Shown here piece after piece: positions 1 to 5,934 of a DNA stretch of 10,384 nucleotides. Each line of letters opens with the position of its first letter. Position 1 is the stretch's first letter. The stretch covers positions 150,001 through 160,384 of the IMG/VR virus record IMGVR_UViG_3300035670_013237, one strand, 5' to 3'. A program made the position numbers and the translations under genes. Source of the DNA: a virus. A model generated the notes under the pieces. That model was not told the DNA's origin. It saw only the letters and a program-made list of their open reading frames with translations, and searched no databases.

Positions 1-92
1 GATTTGGGCTCGTCGATGAGGAGAACCCCGAGAAGTATCCGATATCGGAAGATGAGCTCCAGTCTGTCATGAGTGGTAAGAGCCTCACATGA
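1..92 (+). CDS. 3' end of an upstream CDS (partial; frame 3, stop TGA 90-92), hypothetical protein
   Basis: Frame 3 is open from the window edge (FGLVDEENPEKYPISEDELQSVMSGKSLT*). Its TGA overlaps the ATG of the next ORF as ATGA (89-92), a typical translational-coupling junction. Confidence 0.35.
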   Translation, partial: FGLVDEENPEKYPISEDELQSVMSGKSLT

Positions 93-346
93 TAGACCTA
101 GCAATTACCATTTTGTGCACTGGAGTTGGTTCCGGTGCACTTTTTTTATCGCTCGCCTGTGCACATCGCATTGTGTCAGAGACTAGAATGAAGAAGAGCG
201 CGCTAGAGCGCTCGTTGCAAGCTGAAGAACCTCAGCAGGCCGTGGATGAACTGCAGCAGCGTCTAGAAGAGTTTAGGCGGGCTCGTTTTGGCCCCACGAT
301 GCAGCAGGGCTCTCCACACTCTCAGAAAATTCAAAAAAATAGGTAA
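89..346 (+). CDS. small membrane-anchored coiled-coil protein, hypothetical
   Basis: ATG start overlaps the upstream stop. The N-terminus is hydrophobic (LAITILCTGVGSGALFLSLACA), followed by a charged helical Q/E/R-rich tail. The stop TAA (344-346) lies inside the SD of the next gene. Confidence 0.5.
   Translation: MIDLAITILCTGVGSGALFLSLACAHRIVSETRMKKSALERSLQAEEPQQAVDELQQRLEEFRRARFGPTMQQGSPHSQKIQKNR
314..323 (+). promoter_or_regulatory. copy 1 of recurring motif CCACACTCTC (core CACACTCTC 315-323)
   Basis: The exact 9-mer core also occurs at 692-700 and 1162-1170. Each copy lies just upstream of a plus-strand start codon (360, 713, 1172). Function unknown. Confidence 0.3.
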
Positions 347-351
347 GGAGG
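344..351 (+). promoter_or_regulatory. Shine-Dalgarno site TAAGGAGG for the 360 start
   Basis: Near-perfect anti-SD complement, 8 nt upstream of ATG 360. Confidence 0.65.
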
Positions 352-359
352 AATTAGGA

Positions 360-668
360 ATGGCTTTGAAAAAAGGTGCTCGAGTTGACAGGGGATACGC
401 GACGGTCACAGATGATGAGGGCGTCAACTATCGTGAAATCGCAGAAATGATGACCGAGATTGGATTCACGATGAACCACTCGTCCGCACGTAATTATGTC
501 CTGCGTGTCATGCGCAAGTTTGCGGTAGCCTTCGATGAGAGCTGGGACCTCGACCTCACAGAGGATCGAATCGACGAAATTGCCAAGTCTCCATTCTTTC
601 AGCAGGGTATCGCAGAGCTCCTGCACAGCCTCGAGGCACTCCGGCGGGTTCGTAATTCTTCGACATAA
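360..668 (+). CDS. small helix-turn-helix DNA-binding protein (sigma-70 region-4-like HTH), 102 aa
   Basis: The strong SD at 344-351 argues for ATG 360 rather than the ORF-track start at 288. The segment VNYREIAEMMTEIGFTMNHSSARNYVLRVMRKF (nt 423-521) has the helix-turn-helix pattern of sigma r4/LuxR-type domains. Assignment is by eye only. Confidence 0.65.
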   Translation: MALKKGARVDRGYATVTDDEGVNYREIAEMMTEIGFTMNHSSARNYVLRVMRKFAVAFDESWDLDLTEDRIDEIAKSPFFQQGIAELLHSLEALRRVRNSST

Positions 669-690
669 AAGTAATAGTTATTTTGAATTA

Positions 691-700
691 GCACACTCTC
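691..700 (+). promoter_or_regulatory. copy 2 of recurring motif GCACACTCTC
   Basis: Exact 10-mer shared with 1161-1170. It lies in the 669-712 intergenic gap directly 5' of SD AAGGAG (701-706). CTCTC (696-700) and GAGAG (704-708) can pair across a 3-nt loop, which would occlude the SD. Confidence 0.35.
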
Positions 701-712
701 AAGGAGAGCGAG

Positions 713-1156
713 ATGATGAAGCAAAAGAGCCTTTCTAAGTCAAATATTTCAACTCTAAAGTTGACAGACCTCCTGCGCCGGCGGCGGGCGACCCTGCGCG
801 AATACATCGATGATTTTGGCATCATCACGTATGAGGCTCTCCTCGAGAGGTGCACCAGGATTGGTGTTATACCTCCCAGCAGGGAAGAATTTGCTGGACT
901 AAACATTCCTGTCGTCAATTCTCCTGCAGAGGGTCTTGTCGTGCTAGAGCCCCCACCTGTGATACGGGAGGTCACAGGAAAACCAATCGACCCTGAAACC
1001 AATGAAGAGCTACCCTTCTTCACCCAAGAAGATGAGAGCGTTAATTCTACGCCTACCACAGTGGGAGAAGGAGGAGAGCATGTTATGTTCCAGAAACCTT
1101 CTACAAAAAAGACCAAAAAGCGAAAAGTTGAGCTCTTTGAGCTTCCTGAAGAGTGA
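713..1156 (+). CDS. hypothetical protein with helical N-terminal domain, acidic/proline-rich linker and basic KKTKKRK tail (147 aa)
   Basis: SD AAGGAG lies 6 nt upstream of the ATG and the frame is clean. The N-terminal LKLTDLLRRRRATLREYIDDFGIITYEALLERCTRIGV looks like a SAP/Rho-N-like helix-hairpin. No family assignment is possible by eye. Confidence 0.7.
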   Translation: MMKQKSLSKSNISTLKLTDLLRRRRATLREYIDDFGIITYEALLERCTRIGVIPPSREEFAGLNIPVVNSPAEGLVVLEPPPVIREVTGKPIDPETNEELPFFTQEDESVNSTPTTVGEGGEHVMFQKPSTKKTKKRKVELFELPEE

Positions 1157-1160
1157 TGTG

Positions 1161-1170
1161 GCACACTCTC
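1161..1170 (+). promoter_or_regulatory. copy 3 of recurring motif GCACACTCTC
   Basis: Exact 10-mer in the 15-nt gap between stop 1156 and ATG 1172. It ends 1 nt before the start codon, and no SD is present for this gene. Confidence 0.3.
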
Positions 1171-1171
1171 G

Positions 1172-1627
1172 ATGTATGGAAAGAAGAAGAAAATCAAGCA
1201 CCGCACACCTGATTCAAGCACAGAAATTTTTCTTGCTTATGAAGCCCAACTTCAAGAGCTTGAGTCGATACGGCGAGGTTTAATATTTGCTCTTGAGAAG
1301 CAGACACATCAAAATTTTTTAGCGCAGGGAGGTTGCAGAGAGTGCAGGGGGCGTGGCTGGATTCCTTTTCAAGTAGAAGGTGGATTTGATTATCCACCTT
1401 GTCCTGTTGGTGAGTGCACACCTGAGAGCCGCAGGACCACAGGGGCTGATTCAGGCTTTGATTGGCATGATGAACTCAATGGTGTGGAAAACCCCTGTGG
1501 CTCACACACAGACCAGTATGCTGTACTCATTGGTCCAGTAGATTGTATGATCAGCGAGCTAATGTCACAGGTGCTCAGTACACGCGAGAGCGTAAAACTC
1601 CAAAAGAAGGTGCAAACCCCCAACTAA
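1172..1627 (+). CDS. hypothetical protein with DnaJ-type CxxCxGxG zinc-finger motif (151 aa)
   Basis: Long ORF in the same operon orientation. CRECRGRG (nt 1334-1357) matches the CxxCxGxG signature, and a second Cys pair CPVGEC (nt 1400-1417) gives a 4-Cys site. The N-terminus is lysine-rich. No SD, so the start is uncertain. Confidence 0.6.
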   Translation: MYGKKKKIKHRTPDSSTEIFLAYEAQLQELESIRRGLIFALEKQTHQNFLAQGGCRECRGRGWIPFQVEGGFDYPPCPVGECTPESRRTTGADSGFDWHDELNGVENPCGSHTDQYAVLIGPVDCMISELMSQVLSTRESVKLQKKVQTPN

Positions 1628-1645
1628 GAGTGATAAGGTTTGGAC

Positions 1646-3010
1646 ATGGACACTGTCATCGATATTCTTGAGTCGCTAGAATCAACTTCAGGATCTAACG
1701 CTAAACGAGATACTCTCGTGCGGCACAAGGACAATGCTCTGCTGCAGGGAGTTTTTGCTGCGGCACAAGATCCATACACGGTATATTACGTTAATAAGTT
1801 CAAAATGCCACATGCGTCTTCAGTTCCAAAAGCTGACGATGACACCGTCGACTCATTTTTGAGATTTTGTCACAAAGAGCTCTCGACACGTGCCATCACA
1901 GGTAACTCAGCTCGGAGCGCAGTCATTGAGAAGTTTAGTGCCATGTCCGCCCTTCAGCAGAAATGGTGTTTGCGTATTCTGTTGAAGAATCTACGGTGTG
2001 GCGTTCAGGACACCACTGTCAACAAGGTGTGGCCTGGTCTCATCAAGGGATTTGATGTCCAGCTTGCGACGACCCTGGGCGCCAGCCATGACCCCCAGAA
2101 GGGTATTGTGCTCAATGAGCGCCCGAAGTACCCTCTTCGTGCCGAACCGAAGCTTGATGGCCTCAGATGCATTGCTGTGAAGCGTGATGGTAAAGTCACC
2201 ATGTTTACCCGCAATGGAACTGAGCTTGATACTCTGCCGACGATCAAGGCAGTCCTCGAGGCGGCGACACACTACGACAATGTGGTTCTCGACGGAGAGG
2301 CCATGGGTGCGGACTGGAATGAGTCCGCCTCAGTCGTCATGTCCCGAAAGTTCGCCAAGGATGATTCAAATATCGTGTACCATGTGTTCGATGCAGTCCC
2401 GCTCAGCGACTGGACAGGACAGAGGGTCAATCTAAATCTTCCCTATAGCAATCGACTTAAACTGGTTGAGGGAGTCATGGCTGCCGTAGGGGTAGGACCA
2501 GTCCAGCAAGTCCAAGGTGTCACCGTCAATTCTGACGAAGAATTGCTGACATACTATGGGTTCACGACGCAGAAGGGATATGAGGGCATCATGCTGAAGG
2601 ACTTGTCCGCAGCTTATGCTTATAAGCGCTCAGACGCTGTGCAGAAACTCAAGCCCGTTACAACTTTTGAGGGAGTCATTGTGGGATGGTATGAGGGCCA
2701 GCGCGGCTCAAAGCGTGAAGGCATGTTCGGTGGGTTCAATGTCGTCCTTCCGAATGGTGTCATCACTCGTGTAGGTGGCGGTTTTACTGATGCTCTGCGG
2801 GCTGAAGTTCAACTCCTCGGCCCTGACACCTTTTGCGGTCGAATCATTGAGGTTGAGGGCCAGCCTGATCCGCTGACGAAGAATGGGTTGACGGTCGATG
2901 GAAAGATTCGTTTCCCGGTGTTTTCTAGGTATCGTGATCCGTCCGATGTTGATCCTAGGGTGATCGATGCGGGACGACAGTATGTAGCTAACCAGATTCA
3001 AGGAGACTGA
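1646..3010 (+). CDS. lig: ATP-dependent DNA ligase (DBD-like N-terminal region + nucleotidyltransferase + OB fold), 454 aa
   Basis: Covalent nucleotidyltransferase motifs are present. Motif I is EPKLDGLR (Lys codon 2150-2152). Also seen: VVLDGEAM (III), VYHVFDA (IIIa), EGIMLKD (IV) and AVQKLKP (V). The OB-fold-like C-terminus contains FEGVIVGW...GGFNV...VGGGFTD. The N-terminal KWCLRILLKNLRCGV resembles the Lig I-type DNA-binding domain. The ORF track starts at TTG 1640. ATG 1646 is preferred because TAAGG (1634-1638) sits 7 nt upstream. Confidence 0.93.
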   Translation: MDTVIDILESLESTSGSNAKRDTLVRHKDNALLQGVFAAAQDPYTVYYVNKFKMPHASSVPKADDDTVDSFLRFCHKELSTRAITGNSARSAVIEKFSAMSALQQKWCLRILLKNLRCGVQDTTVNKVWPGLIKGFDVQLATTLGASHDPQKGIVLNERPKYPLRAEPKLDGLRCIAVKRDGKVTMFTRNGTELDTLPTIKAVLEAATHYDNVVLDGEAMGADWNESASVVMSRKFAKDDSNIVYHVFDAVPLSDWTGQRVNLNLPYSNRLKLVEGVMAAVGVGPVQQVQGVTVNSDEELLTYYGFTTQKGYEGIMLKDLSAAYAYKRSDAVQKLKPVTTFEGVIVGWYEGQRGSKREGMFGGFNVVLPNGVITRVGGGFTDALRAEVQLLGPDTFCGRIIEVEGQPDPLTKNGLTVDGKIRFPVFSRYRDPSDVDPRVIDAGRQYVANQIQGD

Positions 3011-3011
3011 A

Positions 3012-3329
3012 ATGAGCTATGAACCGAGGGACATGATGGGTAACGCCATCGAAGTTGGAGACACGATCGCTTACGTTTCTGATCGTGGTGGGCCGTTTCT
3101 TACCCTGGGCAAGGTAATCAAGCTTGATGGGTACAAACAAATGATTCAAATCGCCCGATCTCACTCGAGCGGCCGCTCAGGCTCTTACAACAAGATTTCA
3201 AATGGGAATCGAAAGAAGTGGGTGTGGGACTCAGTCAACGAAACCGGCTACTATGCTGACACGCCTGCCGCACCAGTGTACGTGAGCATGACAGACCGCT
3301 GTCTGCTCATCAAGAAGGTGGTTACCTAG
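3012..3329 (+). CDS. hypothetical small beta-rich protein (SH3/KOW-like N-terminal pattern), 105 aa
   Basis: ATG lies 1 nt after the ligase stop, with AGGAG (3001-3005) 6 nt upstream. VGDTIAYV...LTLGKVIKL resembles a small beta-barrel. No family is recognised. Confidence 0.65.
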   Translation: MSYEPRDMMGNAIEVGDTIAYVSDRGGPFLTLGKVIKLDGYKQMIQIARSHSSGRSGSYNKISNGNRKKWVWDSVNETGYYADTPAAPVYVSMTDRCLLIKKVVT

Positions 3330-3330
3330 T

Positions 3331-3350
3331 TCGAATATTCTCGAATATTC
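3331..3350. repeat. perfect tandem duplication TCGAATATTC x2, each containing the palindrome GAATATTC
   Basis: Read directly: 3331-3340 equals 3341-3350. The two 8-bp palindromes are centred 10 bp apart (one helical turn). The repeat starts 2 nt after stop 3329. Operator-like geometry, function unproven. Confidence 0.5.
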
Positions 3351-3362
3351 TGAGCTCATCTC

Positions 3363-3417
3363 ACGCACTGCACTACTTTTTCGACAAGTTCGTTGATGAT
3401 TTAGGCAGTGCGTTTTT
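3363..3417 (+). terminator. candidate intrinsic terminator or structured RNA at the end of the plus-strand block
   Basis: ACGCACTGC (3363-3371) pairs perfectly with GCAGTGCGT (3405-3413), followed by a T-run to 3417. The 33-nt loop is much larger than in canonical terminators, so confidence is low. Confidence 0.3.
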
Positions 3418-3604
3418 CATTGACGAAAATTTTTTGTTATGTGTTGTGCAATGCCTGTTGGGTTGGGAGTACACTGTCAACATGTGGAAGGCAACGAATA
3501 CCGATTTCAACATAGAGAAGCGCCTCATTGTGTTTCTTCAGGAAAACCCTTTTTATGCGGAGGTGTCACGGCACATTCGTAAGATCGCTAAAGACACAAG
3601 GAGA

Positions 3605-3856
3605 TCAGGCAGCGGTTAGACCTAGTGCCTCGAGTGCTTTGGTCAATAAATAACTGTCATCACTTCCCCACTGATCATAATCAGATCCAGCTAGGGTAAA
3701 AGCTTCATTATGCAGGTGTTCGCCCGAGGCGCTTTGCAGAATGCAAAGAACGAGTACAGATCCGCCGGGACCCAGTTGACGAATGTTTACACCCATGATC
3801 TTGAGAACAGTTGCTGATTTACGAAAGAATGTCACTGGTTGAATTTCTGTTTGCAT
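3605..3856 (-). CDS. hypothetical protein, 83 aa (last gene of the minus-strand module)
   Basis: ATG is preceded by AAGGTG (reverse complement of 3861-3866), 22 nt after the upstream gene's stop. No recognisable motif. A cupin-like GEHLH stretch is too weak to call. Confidence 0.45.
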   Translation of the reverse strand: MQTEIQPVTFFRKSATVLKIMGVNIRQLGPGGSVLVLCILQSASGEHLHNEAFTLAGSDYDQWGSDDSYLLTKALEALGLTAA

Positions 3857-3878
3857 GTTGCACCTTGAATATAAGTAT

Positions 3879-4334
3879 TTATGCGGGGATTATTGGCCAC
3901 GCAAGTTCAAATGGGTTAGACTGGAGTGTGACGTCACGTAATTCTTGTCGATAAACTTGCCACTCAGATTTCTTCTCAGCTGTGAGCGGACTGTCAGAGA
4001 GCTGTGTCCAATCACTCTTGTAGAGTTTATGATTGCGTTCTTCTCGTATAGATGCCCACCTTGCTGATATACGTGCATCTATTTCCTCAGGGGGTGCTTG
4101 CGTCACAACCCATGCTTGAGTCCATCTTCCGCTGTTTGGGTCAATGACTGGCGTGCCCTCTGTAGTGTTCTGTGTATGGTTCGTTTCAGGCCTTGAAGTG
4201 CTGATGACAAGTGCATATTCTTGTCCCTCGATCAGGCCTCCCGTCCATCCGATGGGAAAACTCACATTAGGATGTTCCCTCCAAATATCGACGGGATAGT
4301 TGTTAATTGCTCCGTTATTGATCCTTGCGTACAT
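3879..4334 (-). CDS. tail-fibre assembly / tail assembly chaperone-like protein, 151 aa
   Basis: Strong SD GGAGGA (reverse complement of 4339-4344). The start overlaps the upstream gene by 20 nt. The N-terminus (INNGAINNYPVDIWREHPNVSFP) and C-terminus (IREERNHKLYKSDWTQLSDSPLTAEKKSEWQVYRQELRDV...WP) match the pattern I associate with phage tail-fibre-assembly/tail-assembly-chaperone (Caudo_TAP / DUF4376-type) proteins. Recognition is by eye. Confidence 0.65.
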   Translation of the reverse strand: MYARINNGAINNYPVDIWREHPNVSFPIGWTGGLIEGQEYALVISTSRPETNHTQNTTEGTPVIDPNSGRWTQAWVVTQAPPEEIDARISARWASIREERNHKLYKSDWTQLSDSPLTAEKKSEWQVYRQELRDVTLQSNPFELAWPIIPA

Positions 4335-4941
4335 CAGGTCCTCCGAGTGCTAAGAAAGCGGGTTTGGGCGCAGTTAGAAGTAGTTCTACTCTGCCATCGA
4401 CAAGCAGGGCTTTAGTTTGCTCGATGGCAGGTAATATGTGCGTCTCAAAGTCAGGATGTTGCCTCATTGAAGCGAAGTGATCGTGCGGTATTGTTCCTGC
4501 TGTGACGAGGAAGTTTACTGCCCTGTACTCTAGTTCGAGGCGCCATTCATCGCGCTGCGCCGCCTCATGCGCCTCAAGATCAGGTAGGTGTCCAAACTTT
4601 CGGTGTGGCTGTATCTTTGAGATGCAGTCATCAATGAATGCAAGTTCAGCCCTCGCCGCGGCGATGTTGCGCTGCAGTGTATCTGCGTGTGCCGTGATCT
4701 CTGATATGTCTGCCTGCGCCTTAAGTCTCTTGACTTCATCAGGGGATGATAAATTGCGCTCAGCTTTTATAAGCTTAGCACGAGTTCTAAGCGAGCTTGC
4801 TTCTACTTGTGCCAAAGCATCATTTCTTTCTTCACGAAGATCGCAGAGCAGAGAGTATGCACCATCAGCCGTGTGGCACGACCCAATTAGAAAGTGCTCA
4901 ATTTGAAAATGTGTATTGCGACGATTATTTTTTGCAATCAT
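4315..4941 (-). CDS. hypothetical coiled-coil protein, 208 aa ('MIAKNN' gene, the intact copy)
   Basis: Long clean ORF with an ATG start. The central part is heptad-like and helical (AQVEASSLRTRAKLIKAERNL...LQRNIAAARAELAFI). Its N-terminal 22 aa are echoed by two truncated copies upstream (4967-5050, 5928-5990). No family is recognised. Confidence 0.7.
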   Translation of the reverse strand: MIAKNNRRNTHFQIEHFLIGSCHTADGAYSLLCDLREERNDALAQVEASSLRTRAKLIKAERNLSSPDEVKRLKAQADISEITAHADTLQRNIAAARAELAFIDDCISKIQPHRKFGHLPDLEAHEAAQRDEWRLELEYRAVNFLVTAGTIPHDHFASMRQHPDFETHILPAIEQTKALLVDGRVELLLTAPKPAFLALGGPDVRKDQ

Positions 4942-4966
4942 ATAAGCTGGAAATGTACTCCATAAT

Positions 4967-5050
4967 CTAAGAAAAGTTTAGTGAGCATGAGCCGACAAGG
5001 AAATTGTCAATCTGAAAATCGGTGTTGAGGCGGTTGTTCTTGGCAATCAT
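4967..5050 (-). pseudogene. truncated copy (27 codons) of the 5' end of the MIAKNN gene
   Basis: Hand translation gives MIAKNNRLNTDFQIDNFLVGSCSLNFS*. This matches MIAKNNRRNTHFQIEHFLIGSCHT at 4941 in 17 of the first 22 residues, with 12 synonymous third-position differences. Its ATG overlaps the TGA of the 5047-5934 gene (ATGA). Confidence 0.5.
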
Positions 5051-5934
5051 AGGCCACCGGGAGTTGATGATGTCGAGTTCAGAAAGCCTCGGGCGGAACT
5101 AAGGCTCGTTCCATTTGCGACCGAATTACTCGAGAATGTATATTTCTCGCATGTGGAAACAAATGATCCAGTGCTTCCGCCTGCATAGATGCCGACTGTC
5201 GCATCACTGGCAGCTGTCAAAAACCCTCTTGCGTTTGCGAGGCTTGTTCCCGCTGCAACAGTATCCCCTGAATATGTGTATTTATCAGATGTCGCCACAA
5301 ATGGCGAGCCGCTTCTGCCTCCCGCGAAGATGCCGACTACGCTCGTTCCCGACGCGCCATGGTAATCTCTTGCAGTTCCCAACGCTGTTCCGCTCGAGAC
5401 TGTGTCTCCGCTGTAAGTGTATTTACTCACAGTGGTCACTGAGGTGTAACCTCCGGTAAAATAGCCAACAGTTGAATTTCCTGCCGATCCAATGCCAGAT
5501 TTCGATTGATTGATTGATGTCGTCGCTGCCGCAGTGTCGGTGCTGTAAGTGTATTTATCAGTGGTTTTTACCTCTACACCGGTATAGCCTCCGGCGAAAA
5601 TGCCAACAGTCAAAGTCCCGCACCCTGAAATGTCAGACCTTGCTTGCGATAAATTTGCCGAAGTAGAAACCACATCGGTAGAATATGTATAAATGTTTCC
5701 ATTTGCAACAAAGCCACTTATTCCTCCTCCGACAAATATCCCCTTCGAAAGATTTCCGGCTCCTCCTGGCCCCGTCTTGGCTGCAGACAAACTCGTTCCG
5801 AGCGTTCTGGAATCTGTAGAAAATTTATATTTGTCAACGGTGGCAACAGCCGAACCACCTGTGCCTGCGGCAAAATATCCAGAACCAGCGGCAGCCGGAG
5901 GTTGCTTCGCCAATAGCCACCGCAACATCACCAT
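5047..5934 (-). CDS. six-repeat Kelch-like beta-propeller protein, paralog 1 (295 aa); putative virion-associated receptor-binding/lectin module
   Basis: Six in-frame repeats of the form G[IY][FY]xGG ... [DE]K[YF]x[YF]S..[DN]..V...[ST]L..AR...G. The N-terminus MVMLRWLLAKQP is shared with paralog 2. GGAG lies 7 nt upstream of ATG 5934. The ORF-track start at 5958 is a TTG and adds 8 residues absent from the paralog. Confidence 0.8.
   Translation of the reverse strand: MVMLRWLLAKQPPAAAGSGYFAAGTGGSAVATVDKYKFSTDSRTLGTSLSAAKTGPGGAGNLSKGIFVGGGISGFVANGNIYTYSTDVVSTSANLSQARSDISGCGTLTVGIFAGGYTGVEVKTTDKYTYSTDTAAATTSINQSKSGIGSAGNSTVGYFTGGYTSVTTVSKYTYSGDTVSSGTALGTARDYHGASGTSVVGIFAGGRSGSPFVATSDKYTYSGDTVAAGTSLANARGFLTAASDATVGIYAGGSTGSFVSTCEKYTFSSNSVANGTSLSSARGFLNSTSSTPGGL

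Noticed and set aside
1159-1164. TGGCAC at 1159-1164 and 10001-10006 resembles the sigma-54 -24 element.
   Set aside because: The required -12 TTGC(A/T) after a 5-nt spacer is absent in both cases (CGAT and CTTA).
688-1221. 177-aa minus-strand ORF spanning the whole 713-1156 gene.
   Set aside because: It is antisense to a gene with a good SD. Its translation is Ser/Gly/Phe/Arg-rich low complexity (FFFF, RRRRRR) with no start context.
3327-3345. GTTCGAAT resembles a tRNA T-loop (GGTTCGAATCC).
   Set aside because: The flanking bases cannot form a T-stem (CCTAG versus ATTCT). No acceptor or anticodon arms can be drawn. It is part of the TCGAATATTC tandem repeat.
3420-3448. TTGACG at 3420-3425 as a -35 box for the orphan ORF.
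   Set aside because: No acceptable -10 is found at a 16-18 bp spacing (TTGTGC at best).
4502-4906. 134-aa plus-strand ORF antisense to the 208-aa gene.
   Set aside because: It starts at GTG rather than ATG. Its composition is Cys/Ser/Arg/Ala-rich, typical of the antisense of a helical E/A/L/R-rich gene. It has no SD and breaks the operon logic.
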